Positions 35,134 through 46,094 of a stretch of 64,000 nucleotides of DNA are shown here, one piece after another (the first letter of the stretch is position 1; every line of letters starts with the position of its first letter). The notes under the pieces were generated by a model, which made no database searches, was not told where the DNA came from, and was given only the letters and a program-made list of their open reading frames with translations. The translations under genes and the position numbers were made by a program. The DNA is from Myxococcota bacterium (lineage in GTDB: Bacteria > Myxococcota > UBA4151). The DNA lies in NCBI GenBank assembly GCA_036338695.1, contig JAYZBQ010000015.1, positions 64,001 through 128,000 of the forward strand. The letters run 5' to 3'.

Positions 35134-37694
35134 TAGGAGCCTCCCTCAGACGCCGTAAGGCGGTCCTCGAGCGCAGCGATCTGTCGCTTCGCTTTCGCCT
35201 GAGCTTTCTTGAGCTCCTCGACGGCTCGACCCAGCTCGCCATCGCTGGCGCGCCGGGCTGCGCGCGCGCCGATCCGTTTGACGGTGTCGCGCGCTGCGCG
35301 CTTGACCGAGCCGAACAGGTCCCCCTCGGCGAGCGCGTGCACCGCCGGCGTGACGCTCGCTTCACCTAAAGCCTCGAGCGCCGACAAGGCGCGGATGCGC
35401 ACCCGCATCTCCGGGTCGTTGAGGAGGGGCGTGAGCGTGTGCGCCGCTCGCTGCCGGACACGCGCATCGAGCAAGCCAGCGATTCGGCCATAAGCCTGCA
35501 TCGCTGCGCTGCGTCCGTTCTTGGGCGTGCCACGCCCGAGCAGAGGGGCCAGCGTCTCGAGGCTCTGCTCGTCGGGGAACTGAGCGAGGCAGGAGGCCGC
35601 TGTCGATCGGATCAGGTCACGATAGCTGCTGCGACCAAGGGCTGCGACGAGGTCGGCGCGCACCGCCTCGGACCGACTGCTCGCCAAGCCGCGCAGCGCC
35701 GCTGCGACGACGTACTCGCTCTCGTGGGTCCCTGCGAGGTCCCGCAGGTACTCAAGGGAGCGCTCGTCGGCGCCTTTGCCGAGGGAGGGTAAGACCATCC
35801 TGAGGGAGCGTCGGCAGAGCGAGGGCAGCGCTTCGAGCAGCTCGGCTCGTGGCGCGCCGTCCAAGGCGGAGAGCACCTTAGCGGCTTCTCCACGCAGCGC
35901 AAAGAACGCCTCGGTGTCGCGAGCGAGCTTGAGCAGCGCCGCACGAACCTGCGGCTTGTGCGCGTGCTTCGCGAGATTGCTCAGCGCCCGCTTACGCGCT
36001 CGGTACCCCGGCGCATGGGCGAGCTGATGCAGCCAGGCGGCGGCGTCTTTGCCCGACCAAGTGATGGAGCACAGGAGGTCATAGTCCGGGTCGAGCACGA
36101 GCGCAGCGGGCGCTCGTTTACACGCAAAAGTGTAGGTGCTCTTGCGCTCGGTGACCGGCACGACCACGCGCTGCGCTCGGCCCGCCTTGTCGAGGATATC
36201 GAGCGGGAGATCGAGCGTGAACACCTCACGGTTGCTCTTCTTCGCCTGCGTCTGCTCGATCGTCACGGTGCATACACCCAACCGCTTATCATAGGCGGCG
36301 CTGGCTTTGAGTTCGGGGTGACCGCGGTCGTAGAGCCACTGCTCGACGAAGCCGTCGAGCGGCACGCCGGTCGCGTCTTCAAAGGCGATCTTCAGCTCAT
36401 GGGTCTCAGCCGCTTTGCCGAAGAAGCGCCTGACGTAGAGCGCCAAGCCCTTGCGGAACAGGCGCTCGCCGAGGTGGCGTCGCAGCATATGCACCACCAT
36501 CATGGATTTGGGGTAGCTGTGCCCATCGAAGAGCTCTTCAGGGTCGCCGTAGCTGTGCGTCACGATCGCTCGGCGGTAGTCGCCAGCAGCCTCGGCGAAG
36601 TACCAAGCGCTGTCCTCTTCGAGACGATACTCAAACCAGTCTCGGCCGCGGACGTGCTCAAAGTACATGGGGTCCAGGTAGGACGCGAAGCCTTCGTTGA
36701 GCCACAGGTGTCCCCACGACTTTGGCGTGATCAGGTCGCCGAACCACTGATGGACGAGCTCGTGGCAGACGATGCTCTGCGGATCCGTCTCGCCGGCGAG
36801 GTGAGCGGGTGGGGGGATGTCCTCGTGGAAGACGCTCATCGTGGTGTCTTCCATGGCGCCCCAGGTGTAATCCTGCACGATGACTTGGTCGTAGCGAGCG
36901 TAAGGGTATGGACAGCCCGTCAGCTCCCCGAGGAACTCGAGCATCTGAGGCGTCTCGCCGAAGGTGCGCTCGAGGCGCTCACCTTGTCCGGGGGGCGCGA
37001 GATACCGCAAGGGCACGTCGGCGCGGTCGTCGTCGACGACGTCGAAGGCCCCCACGACGATCGTGACCAGGTAGTTGGAGTGCGGGATGTCGTGCAGCCA
37101 ATGGGTGGTGACCCAGCCGTCGGCTCGTGTCTCGCTGAGCTGGGCGCCGTTAGCCAAACCCATCAGGTGCTCACGCACCGTCAGGACGACCTCACTGGTG
37201 AGCTTGTTGGTGGGGTGGTCGAGGCCAGGAAACCAGTGGTGGTTGTCCTCGGACTCCCCCTGGCTCCAGATGACCCGCGGTTTGTCGGGGTAAGCCTCGT
37301 CAGGCTCGATAAAGTAGAGCCCCTTTTGTGGCTTGGTGAAATAGTCGACGCGCACCGACGCTTTGCCGTTCGCTCGGGGCGCCCGCTTGAGCAGGACCGT
37401 GAGCTTGCGATCGTCGTAGTCGTAATCAAGCGCTGCGCCGCTGCCGTCATAGACGCCGCGGATCTCCATGTGCGCGGCGTCCAGAACGACCTCACGGGTT
37501 TTTCCGGGGATGGCGCGCAGGCTCAGTGTCGAGGAGCCCTCCACAGTGTGGGCTTGGTCGTCGACCGTGATCTCGAGCTTGAGGTGCGTCACCTCGAAGT
37601 TGCGCGCCCGCAGCCACTGGGGCTTCGACGCCTCGTCGGTAAACTGTAGGCGGTCGATGTCGTCCCGGTGCCATTCAATCCAAGTGCGCGGCAT
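35133..37694 (-). CDS. pepN: M1 family aminopeptidase with C-terminal HEAT-like repeats
   Basis: HELVHQWFG...LWLNEGFA (HExxH-18-E), GAMED, YPK; GAGGGAGAGGG before ATG 37694. Confidence 0.9.
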   Translation of the reverse strand: MPRTWIEWHRDDIDRLQFTDEASKPQWLRARNFEVTHLKLEITVDDQAHTVEGSSTLSLRAIPGKTREVVLDAAHMEIRGVYDGSGAALDYDYDDRKLTVLLKRAPRANGKASVRVDYFTKPQKGLYFIEPDEAYPDKPRVIWSQGESEDNHHWFPGLDHPTNKLTSEVVLTVREHLMGLANGAQLSETRADGWVTTHWLHDIPHSNYLVTIVVGAFDVVDDDRADVPLRYLAPPGQGERLERTFGETPQMLEFLGELTGCPYPYARYDQVIVQDYTWGAMEDTTMSVFHEDIPPPAHLAGETDPQSIVCHELVHQWFGDLITPKSWGHLWLNEGFASYLDPMYFEHVRGRDWFEYRLEEDSAWYFAEAAGDYRRAIVTHSYGDPEELFDGHSYPKSMMVVHMLRRHLGERLFRKGLALYVRRFFGKAAETHELKIAFEDATGVPLDGFVEQWLYDRGHPELKASAAYDKRLGVCTVTIEQTQAKKSNREVFTLDLPLDILDKAGRAQRVVVPVTERKSTYTFACKRAPAALVLDPDYDLLCSITWSGKDAAAWLHQLAHAPGYRARKRALSNLAKHAHKPQVRAALLKLARDTEAFFALRGEAAKVLSALDGAPRAELLEALPSLCRRSLRMVLPSLGKGADERSLEYLRDLAGTHESEYVVAAALRGLASSRSEAVRADLVAALGRSSYRDLIRSTAASCLAQFPDEQSLETLAPLLGRGTPKNGRSAAMQAYGRIAGLLDARVRQRAAHTLTPLLNDPEMRVRIRALSALEALGEASVTPAVHALAEGDLFGSVKRAARDTVKRIGARAARRASDGELGRAVEELKKAQAKAKRQIAALEDRLTASEGGS

Positions 37695-37851
37695 ACCCTC
37701 TCCCTCAGCCTTGGCGCAGCGGTGCGCCGACGCCTGGGTTTCAGCACTGAGCCGCCTCCTGCGCAAGGCTTTCTCGATCATTCCGCACACGGCTCTGGAT
37801 CTTGCGTGACCTTTTCGTGCACAACGGAGCGCAACGGGGATGGGAGCGGTT

Positions 37852-39030
37852 ATGCGTCATTTGAGCTGGGGTATCGTCATGGCGGTCGCAGCGTGTTCGG
37901 ACCCACCCGAGATGACGCCGAGGCCGCTCGACTCGGGTGTCGTGCGTCTGCAAGACGCTGGGCGGTCGGCTCTTCCCGACGCTGTTGCTACGCGTGACGC
38001 AGGCGGCTCGGTGGTCGAAGACGGCGGCGACGTCTCGGACGCAGGCGCCGAGGTGGACGCTGGCGTGACGCCACCTGCGGACGCGGGCGCACCTCCGCCG
38101 CCGGCGCGCTTCAAGCGCTTTGTTGCGATCGGGGATGTGGGCGAGGGGAACGCGAAGCAGCATCGTGTCGCCGAGTCGATCGAGCGGGTCTGCGCCGAGC
38201 TGGGCGGCTGCGACTTTGGCATGCTGCTGGGTGACAACCATTACGACAGCGGCGGCGAGGGCGCTGACGACCCACTCTGGGCGCGGCACTTCGAGCTCCC
38301 GTATGGCGGCGTAGTCCATGAGTGCCCTGGGTTTGACGGCGCCGAAGCGTCGCATGATCTGGGTTTCCCGTTCTACGCTGTGTTGGGCAACCATGACCTC
38401 GGTGGAGACGGGCTTGGGCTTGATCTGGACATCTTCAAAGCCGACCACCAGATCGCCTACGGACAGCGGAATCCGCAGTGGATCATGCCGAATCGCTACT
38501 ACCAACAAGATCTCGACCCGGTCTATTTGCTGGGCCTCAACACCACGGCGATGTTCTTCGATCGAGCAGACGATCAAGCGCGCGAGGTGCGGCAGTGGAT
38601 CGACGACGCGCCGGAGGATCGTTGGTCCATCGCCTTCGGACATCACCCCTACATCTCGAACGGCCCTCACGGTAACGCAGGCGACTACGAGCGCATCCCT
38701 GAGATCCTGCAGCGCATCACGCCCAATTGGACCTATTTCCGGGGCGCTTATGTGCAGCGGTTTATGGAGCAAGAGATCTGCGAACGTGTGGACGTGTACC
38801 TGGCAGGTCATGACCACAGCCGCCAGGACCTTGGCGAGCGCTGCGGGACCCAGTTCCTCGTCAGCGGCGCAGGGGCAAAGACCACCGACCTGCGCGACGG
38901 GGACAACCAGGTCCCTTGGGAGGCAGACACGGAGGGGTTCTTGTTGATGGAAGCCACGCCTGAGCAGCTGGTGTTTCGAATGTATGACATCGACGGCGTG
39001 CTCGAGCATGAGCGGGTCGTCCGGCGCTGA
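37852..39030 (+). CDS. metallophosphoesterase, purple-acid-phosphatase-like lipoprotein
   Basis: VAAC lipobox, DAG-rich linker; GDVG, GDNHY, GNHD, FGHHP, GHDH. Confidence 0.88.
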   Translation: MRHLSWGIVMAVAACSDPPEMTPRPLDSGVVRLQDAGRSALPDAVATRDAGGSVVEDGGDVSDAGAEVDAGVTPPADAGAPPPPARFKRFVAIGDVGEGNAKQHRVAESIERVCAELGGCDFGMLLGDNHYDSGGEGADDPLWARHFELPYGGVVHECPGFDGAEASHDLGFPFYAVLGNHDLGGDGLGLDLDIFKADHQIAYGQRNPQWIMPNRYYQQDLDPVYLLGLNTTAMFFDRADDQAREVRQWIDDAPEDRWSIAFGHHPYISNGPHGNAGDYERIPEILQRITPNWTYFRGAYVQRFMEQEICERVDVYLAGHDHSRQDLGERCGTQFLVSGAGAKTTDLRDGDNQVPWEADTEGFLLMEATPEQLVFRMYDIDGVLEHERVVRR

Positions 39031-39101
39031 GTTCGCCTTAGCGCCCCATGAGGGACGATCGGGCGGAGGCCGCCAGGACGGCGGTTGGTACCGAGCGCAC
39101 C

Positions 39102-39130
39102 TTGTCCTGCCCACGCTTCCTTGGCACCAT
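39102..39130 (+). promoter_or_regulatory. putative promoter
   Basis: TTGTCC-17nt-CACCAT with a TG extension. Confidence 0.35.
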
Positions 39131-39157
39131 GCCGGATGCCTACCGGGGGGACAGCGG

Positions 39158-39775
39158 ATGATGAGATGGCTTGTGATCGTAGCCGCGAGCGCGCTGAGCG
39201 CGTGCGGTGCCCCGCCTGCGACCGGAACCGATGGCGGCGACCGCCCGATCGCCGAGGATGCGGGCGGGCCGTTGAGCGATGCTGGCTCCGACGGTTCGGA
39301 CGCCGGAGCGGAGGTGCCCGATACGGGCGGTCTGGCCGACAGCGGGAGCGGCTCGGTCGACGTAGGGGGTGCTCCGGGTGACGCAGGGACCGTTACGGTC
39401 GATGCCAGCGTGGACGCAGGCGCTGGAGCGGGTCTGCAGCCGACGATCTGCTCGATCTGGGAGAGCCAGATCTTCTCGGGCTGCGCCAACGGTTATTGTC
39501 ACGGTGGAGGCGCTGGCGGCTTTCGTATGGACCACAGCAGCGCACAGGCTCTGCATGATTCGATCGTGAACGTCGAGAGCCAAGCTCGTATGTATTACGT
39601 CGTGCCCGAGAACGACCGCATGAGCTACCTGATCAACAAGCTCGATGGCACGCAGGGTCAGCTGGTCTCTGGCGCTGGTGAGCGCATGCCTCCGGGCGGT
39701 GGCTACCTGAGCTTTGACCAGCTGGAGGTGTTGAGGCGCTGGATCAACGACGGCGCATCGGCCGACTGTCCCTAA
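39158..39775 (+). CDS. lipoprotein with a putative c-type cytochrome domain (CX4CH)
   Basis: LSAC lipobox, DAG/DGG linker, CANGYCH, SYL..KL.G, RMPP, L...Q...LRRWI.DGA. Confidence 0.7.
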   Translation: MMRWLVIVAASALSACGAPPATGTDGGDRPIAEDAGGPLSDAGSDGSDAGAEVPDTGGLADSGSGSVDVGGAPGDAGTVTVDASVDAGAGAGLQPTICSIWESQIFSGCANGYCHGGGAGGFRMDHSSAQALHDSIVNVESQARMYYVVPENDRMSYLINKLDGTQGQLVSGAGERMPPGGGYLSFDQLEVLRRWINDGASADCP

Positions 39776-39801
39776 TCCACAACGCCGCTCATCACGGTTT
39801 C

Positions 39802-39838
39802 AAAAAACCAGAAACGGCGGAGCGTTGCCCCGCCGCCT
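39802..39838 (-). terminator. intrinsic terminator of the small basic protein gene
   Basis: Minus strand AGGCGGCGGGGC-AAC-GCTCCGCCGTTT followed by CTGGTTTTTT; the G-U pairs form only on the minus-strand RNA. Confidence 0.7.
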
Positions 39839-39865
39839 ACACCGCCACAAGACGGTTGGATGAGC

Positions 39866-40006
39866 TTACTTCGCCTTGGGCTCGCCGAAGAGCTCTTCGT
39901 AGCTCTTGGTCGTGCCGTTGGTGCGCACCGCAGCCTTGCGCCGTGTCCCCATGCGGACCTTTTTCGCGGCGCGGATCTTGCGAGTCGTTTGCGTCTTGCT
40001 AGCCAT
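39866..40006 (-). CDS. 46-aa Lys/Arg-rich small protein
   Basis: MASKTQTTRKIRAAKKVRMGTRRKAAVRTNGTTKSYEELFGEPKAK; GAGGAGG RBS; flanked by a promoter and a terminator. Confidence 0.8.
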   Translation of the reverse strand: MASKTQTTRKIRAAKKVRMGTRRKAAVRTNGTTKSYEELFGEPKAK

Positions 40007-40031
40007 GGTGACCTCCTCGTTGCGGGGGGCG

Positions 40032-40060
40032 GCTATAAAGAAGGGGGCCAAGCCGCGCAA
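40032..40060 (-). promoter_or_regulatory. sigma70-like promoter of the small basic protein gene
   Basis: TTGCGC-17nt-TATAGC. Confidence 0.6.
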
Positions 40061-40076
40061 GCAGTTTCCGGCACCT

Positions 40077-40700
40077 TTAGGGGATGAGGCCGGCTTGAAA
40101 CAAGAGCGCCGCGACCAGGCCATAGACCATGAGCGCGCCCAGAAAGAGAGCGCTCGCCTGCAGGCGTCGTTGGTCGGGTACGGCTATCCAGTCGTTGCAG
40201 CATTGGTAATACATGCGAACGCTGATTGCGTAGCCTGCGATGACCGTGACGGCTCCGGCGGTCCAGGAGAAGGGGGCCAGTATGCGCGCCGCAGCGGTCC
40301 CGATCAGCGCAGGCACTAGCGCGTGGGTCGCAAAGGTGCGCCATCGATAACGGTTTTCGCTCGCAGGGATATCGAACAAGAGGTTGAGGCCAGGCATCAC
40401 CAGCGCAAGGACCGTCGGGAGGATCGCCACCGCCAACAGGTCGGCGGTCACCTTGGCGAGGATCCCGCTCGGCTGGAGGCTCAACAGCGCCGTCAAAAAC
40501 GCAGCGAGCGCCGGGAGCAGGTACACGCTCATCGACGCAGCGTCTGCGTGTCGAGCTCGGTTCTGGAGCATCAGCGCATCGAGGGTGGCGCCAGGCTCAA
40601 AGCACAGCCCGGTCATGCGCTCGCGAATCTCGACCAGGCCGGCGCGTGTGCGGACTTGAGCCACGATCAGCCGCATCGATTTTTCTGCACCGAGTCGCAT
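40077..40700 (-). CDS. multi-pass membrane protein, possibly Yip1-like
   Basis: About five hydrophobic helices; the family call is weak and the start is uncertain. Confidence 0.6.
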   Translation of the reverse strand: MRLGAEKSMRLIVAQVRTRAGLVEIRERMTGLCFEPGATLDALMLQNRARHADAASMSVYLLPALAAFLTALLSLQPSGILAKVTADLLAVAILPTVLALVMPGLNLLFDIPASENRYRWRTFATHALVPALIGTAAARILAPFSWTAGAVTVIAGYAISVRMYYQCCNDWIAVPDQRRLQASALFLGALMVYGLVAALLFQAGLIP

Positions 40701-40815
40701 CGTCGTCACTTCGAGACCTAAAAATGGAACCGCTGGGTTATCGCAGTAAGCGCCGACCAAGTCGATAAATTTGTCGGGTGCACGCCCAAACCCGCGCGAG
40801 TGGGTGCAACCTTGC

Positions 40816-41810
<995 letters not shown>

Positions 41811-41866
41811 CCGTTAGATCTAGAGCGCGCAGCGCCGACCCGGTGCGTCGTGCGGAAAGGAACCCC

Positions 41867-42523
41867 GTGTCCTGGCTTGTGAAAACGTTTGCCAGCCCCA
41901 TCGGTCAGAAAGTGCTGACAGCGCTGACCGGTTTGGGTTTGGTCGGATTTCTGGTGATGCACCTGCTCGGCAACCTCAACCTGTACCGAGGTGAAGAGGC
42001 GATCAACGAGTACGCACATCTGCTTCACGCGATCCCCGGCTTTCCGCTGATCGAGGCGGGGTTGGTGCTGTGCTTCCTGGCGCACATCGCCCTCGTTTTT
42101 AATCTGACGCGGCTGAACCGAGCGGCGCGTGGGCAGGACTATTCGGTCAAGGCGTCCAAGCAGCGTGGGACGCTCGGGCGGGCGCTGGTCAGCACCTACA
42201 TGGGCGTGAGCGGTCTGGTGGTCTTGATCTTCGTGATCGTCCACGTCGCCGACATGCGCATGGCGCGTGGTACCTATGAGAGCCTCTACGATCACATCCA
42301 CTCGGTCCTCGGTGTGGGCTGGAAAGCCGGCTTGTACATGGTCGGCTCGGCCTTTGTGGGCTGGCACCTGTGGCACGGCTTTCAGAGCTCGTTTCGCTCC
42401 CTTGGGCTAGGGCACGCTAAGTATTCGCCGCTGCTCGAGAAGGCGGGCACGGCGTTGAGCATTGTCCTGACGATCGGCTTCGTCTCGATCCCGCTGTGGA
42501 TCCTCTTGAAGGGAGGTCAGTGA
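41867..42523 (+). CDS. sdhC: succinate dehydrogenase cytochrome b558 subunit
   Basis: K...ALTG....FL..HL.GN, TM histidines, [12 protein letters not shown]. Confidence 0.9.
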   Translation: MSWLVKTFASPIGQKVLTALTGLGLVGFLVMHLLGNLNLYRGEEAINEYAHLLHAIPGFPLIEAGLVLCFLAHIALVFNLTRLNRAARGQDYSVKASKQRGTLGRALVSTYMGVSGLVVLIFVIVHVADMRMARGTYESLYDHIHSVLGVGWKAGLYMVGSAFVGWHLWHGFQSSFRSLGLGHAKYSPLLEKAGTALSIVLTIGFVSIPLWILLKGGQ

Positions 42524-44439
42524 TGACCTTGGATGGGAAGTGTCCCGACGGACCGCTCGCAAATCGCTGGAAGCATCATAAGGCGAACAACCTGAAGCTG
42601 GTCGGACCGATCAATCGCCGCAAATACAAAGTGATCGTGGTGGGCTCGGGGCTCGCTGGAGCCTCGGCTGCGGCGACGCTGGCAGAGCAGGGTTATCAAG
42701 TGACCTGCATCTCGTTCCATGACAGCCCGCGCCGAGCGCACTCCATCGCAGCCCAGGGCGGTATCAACGCGGCCAAGAACTATCAGAACGACAACGACAG
42801 CGCCTTTCGGCTGTTCTACGATACGATCAAAGGCGGCGACTTCCGGGCGCGTGAGTCGAACGTTCACCGGCTGGCTGAGGTCTCTGAGAACATCATCGAT
42901 CAAGCCGTGGCTCAGGGTGTTCCCTTCGCACGTGAATACGGCGGAACGCTGAGCAACCGAACCTTTGGCGGGGTGCTGGTCTCGCGTACGTTCTACGCCG
43001 CCGGCCAGACGGGGCAGCAGCTCCTTCTCGGCGCGTACTCGAGCCTCATGCGGCAGGTCGATCTCGGACACGTCAACATGCTCACGTACAAGGACATGCT
43101 CGACGTGGTGGTCGTGGATGGTCACGCTCGAGGCGTGATCCTTCGTGACATCAAGACCGGCGAGCTGTCGGTGGAGATGGCGAACACCGTGGTGCTTTGC
43201 ACCGGCGGGTACTCGAACGTCTTTTACCTGTCGACTAACGCCATGAAGTCGAACGTGTCAGCGACCTGGCGAGCCCACAAACGTGGCGCCTACATGGCGA
43301 ACCCGTGTTACACGCAGATTCACCCGACCTGTATCCCGCAGTCGGGTCATCACCAAAGCAAGCTCACGCTGATGTCCGAGAGTTTACGCAACGACGGCAG
43401 GGTGTGGGTCCCGAGCGCGTCAGGAGACGCCCGCAAGGCGGGGCAGATTCCAGACGCCGAGCGTGACTACTACCTCGAGCGCAAGTACCCCACCTTTGGC
43501 AACATGGTGCCTCGAGATGTGGCGAGCCGAAACGCCAAGTACGTGTGTGATGACGGGCGCGGAGTGGGCGCCACCGGACGAGCCGTCTATCTCGACTTCC
43601 GTGACGCCATCGCTCGAGACGGTGAAGACACGATCCGCACCAAGTACGGTAACTTGTTTCAGATGTATCAGAAGATTACTGGAGACAACCCGTACCAGAC
43701 CCCCATGCAGATCTACCCGGCGCCGCACTACACGATGGGCGGCTTGTGGGTCGACTACAACCTCGAGTCGAACATCCCCGGGCTGTTTGTCTGCGGCGAG
43801 GCGAACTTCTCAGATCATGGCTCGAACCGCCTCGGCGCCTCGGCGCTGATGCAGGGGCTCGCCGACGGGTACTTTGTGTTGCCGTACACGCTGGCGAACT
43901 ACCTCGCTGATGAGAAACCGGGCGTCGCCGACGCGCAATGCGATGCGGCTCAAGAAGCGCTCAAGAGCGTCCAAGAGCGCCTGGACACGCTCGTGGGGAT
44001 CCAAGGCAAGCGCAGCGTCGAGAGCTTCCACCGTGAGCTGGGGCTGCTCCTGCTCGACAAATGCGGTATGAGTCGCTCCAAAGAGGGCCTCGAGGGCGCT
44101 CGGGCGCACATCCGTAACCTGCGCGACGAGTTCTGGTCCGATGTGCGGGTGCCCGTGGCGGGTGGACCGCTCAACCAAGAGCTCGAAAAGGCGGCGCGTG
44201 TCGCCGACTTCCTCGAGTTCGGTGAGCTGATGGTGGTGGACGCGCTCAACCGGGAGGAGAGCTGCGGCGGGCACTTCCGCGAGGAGCACCAGACCGATGA
44301 GGGCGAAGCACGGCGAGACGATGAGAACTGGCAGCATGTCTCGGCGTGGGAGTTCACCGGTGTCGGTGAAGAGCCTGTCGAACAAAAAGAGCAGCTGACC
44401 TTCGAGTTCGTGCAACCCAGCCAAAGGAGCTACAAATGA
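42523..44439 (+). CDS. sdhA: succinate dehydrogenase/fumarate reductase flavoprotein
   Basis: [50 protein letters not shown]. Confidence 0.96.
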   Translation: MTLDGKCPDGPLANRWKHHKANNLKLVGPINRRKYKVIVVGSGLAGASAAATLAEQGYQVTCISFHDSPRRAHSIAAQGGINAAKNYQNDNDSAFRLFYDTIKGGDFRARESNVHRLAEVSENIIDQAVAQGVPFAREYGGTLSNRTFGGVLVSRTFYAAGQTGQQLLLGAYSSLMRQVDLGHVNMLTYKDMLDVVVVDGHARGVILRDIKTGELSVEMANTVVLCTGGYSNVFYLSTNAMKSNVSATWRAHKRGAYMANPCYTQIHPTCIPQSGHHQSKLTLMSESLRNDGRVWVPSASGDARKAGQIPDAERDYYLERKYPTFGNMVPRDVASRNAKYVCDDGRGVGATGRAVYLDFRDAIARDGEDTIRTKYGNLFQMYQKITGDNPYQTPMQIYPAPHYTMGGLWVDYNLESNIPGLFVCGEANFSDHGSNRLGASALMQGLADGYFVLPYTLANYLADEKPGVADAQCDAAQEALKSVQERLDTLVGIQGKRSVESFHRELGLLLLDKCGMSRSKEGLEGARAHIRNLRDEFWSDVRVPVAGGPLNQELEKAARVADFLEFGELMVVDALNREESCGGHFREEHQTDEGEARRDDENWQHVSAWEFTGVGEEPVEQKEQLTFEFVQPSQRSYK

Positions 44440-45200
44440 GTTCCAACCTCAACCTAACGTTGAAAGTCTGGCGTCAGGGTGACGCCTCCGAAAAGGGCGC
44501 CTTTGAGACCTACCAGCTCTCGGACGTGAGCCCAGACAGCTCGTTTCTCGAGATGCTTGACCAGCTCAATGAGCAGCTGATCCAAGAGGGCAAGATGCCC
44601 GTCACGTTCGAGCATGATTGCCGTGAAGGGATCTGCGGGTCCTGTGGCTTCATGATCAACGGGCAAGCGCATGGACCTGAGCGTGGCACGACCGTTTGTC
44701 AGCTTCACATGCGCAGCTTTAAGTCGGGCGAGACCTTGGTCCTTGAGCCCTGGCGGGCGCAAGCCTTCCCGGTGCTGCGCGACCTGTTGGTCGACCGCTC
44801 GCCTTTTGACCGGATCCAGCAAGCTGGCGGGTACTGCTCGACCAACGTAGGGAACGCCCCCGAGGCGAACAGCAACCTGATGGGCCGTGATGATGCGGCG
44901 CAGGCTTTCCACGCTGCGGCATGCATCGGATGCGGCGCCTGTGTGGCGAGCTGTAAAAACGCGTCGGCGAGCTTGTTTACGGCAGCAAAGATCGGGCACC
45001 TCGCGCACACCCCTCAGGGGCAGCCCGAGCGGGCGCGTCGCGCAGCACGGATGGTGGAGACGATGGAGCTCGAAGGCTTCGGCGCCTGCTCGAACACCTA
45101 CGAGTGTGAGGCAGCGTGTCCCAAAGAGATCTCTGTGAAGTTCATCCAGCAGATGAACCGAGAGTACATGCGGGCGAAGTTGACGGACGAAGAATACTAG
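44436..45200 (+). CDS. sdhB: succinate dehydrogenase iron-sulfur subunit
   Basis: [32 protein letters not shown]. Confidence 0.96.
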   Translation: MSSNLNLTLKVWRQGDASEKGAFETYQLSDVSPDSSFLEMLDQLNEQLIQEGKMPVTFEHDCREGICGSCGFMINGQAHGPERGTTVCQLHMRSFKSGETLVLEPWRAQAFPVLRDLLVDRSPFDRIQQAGGYCSTNVGNAPEANSNLMGRDDAAQAFHAAACIGCGACVASCKNASASLFTAAKIGHLAHTPQGQPERARRAARMVETMELEGFGACSNTYECEAACPKEISVKFIQQMNREYMRAKLTDEEY

Positions 45201-45234
45201 TGCGGCGTTTCGGCTGTCGCCGAGGGGGGCGACG

Positions 45235-45972
45235 ATGATCGCCGCGGCTGCGCTGCAGCGTATCCGCAGCGAGATCGCTCAAGGCAAGCCAGAGTTTGCG
45301 CTGCTCCGGCGCGACGGGCTCGCGGTAACGACCCGCTACATTGACCGTTTTGTCTGCCCGCTCGGACCCGTGTGGATCATCGCGTTGCCCGCGCTTGAGG
45401 GGCGCAGCGTGGTGCTGACCGCCGACGAGCAGCTCAAAGGTCACGTGGCGGTGGGGAAAAGGATCTTCTCCTTTTCGTCCCATGTGGTGGCGCCGCAGGC
45501 GACCCTGGAGCGCGAGGGCGTCTCGGAGCGTCGCGTGGCCCTAATCGCCGAGCCAAGCGACTACGCTGAGGTGCAGCGGCGCCGCTGGCACCGGGTCCGC
45601 AGTGAAGAGACATTGATCGGCGCTGCGACCCTCTACTTCGAGTCGAGCCGAGTGATTCAAGGGGCGTCGTTTGAGCTCCAGCGCGGGATGGTGGATACCC
45701 CCGTGACGGTCGTGAACTTGAGCGGGGGCGGCGTCTGTTTCGAGGCGCCGCTGAGTCTCGCTCATGAGCTCCAGGTCGGCGACCTCGTCCGCTTGCGCAT
45801 CGACCTCCACCGGGGCCAGGAGCCGTTTGGCTTCTCGGCGCAGGTTCGGAACCGCCAGCGTACCTCAGATGGGCTGCGTTACGGGGTCTCGTTTCACGGT
45901 GATGACCGCTTGTTTGGTGAGATCTCGGCGCGTGCGCTTCATCTCGTCTTTTTACTGCAGACGGACGACTGA
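45235..45972 (+). CDS. PilZ-domain (YcgR-like) c-di-GMP receptor
   Basis: QRRRWHR (RxxxR) and NLSGGG ([DN]xSxxG) motifs; YGVSF. Confidence 0.8.
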   Translation: MIAAAALQRIRSEIAQGKPEFALLRRDGLAVTTRYIDRFVCPLGPVWIIALPALEGRSVVLTADEQLKGHVAVGKRIFSFSSHVVAPQATLEREGVSERRVALIAEPSDYAEVQRRRWHRVRSEETLIGAATLYFESSRVIQGASFELQRGMVDTPVTVVNLSGGGVCFEAPLSLAHELQVGDLVRLRIDLHRGQEPFGFSAQVRNRQRTSDGLRYGVSFHGDDRLFGEISARALHLVFLLQTDD

Positions 45973-46094
45973 TCAAGGCCTACCCGGGTTCTGGTGACAG
46001 CCCCTTCACTTCGTTTCGAGCGGCCTGTTGACACGACGCGAAGGCAGCCGCCATGTAGCTAGCGCGGCGAGCGTATTCGCTGCCTGGAGACGAC

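Noticed and set aside
38984..39157. N-terminal extensions in the ORF track (also 1124, 7777, 20353, 37790, 40123, 48019)
   Set aside because: Downstream starts have better RBSs, signal peptides or family-typical N-termini, and the extensions overlap neighbouring genes or promoters.
46063..46083. Hairpin GCGGCGAG-CGTA-TTCGCTGC in the sucC leader
   Set aside because: It is a single short GC-rich stem with no riboswitch features, probably a 5' stabiliser or chance.
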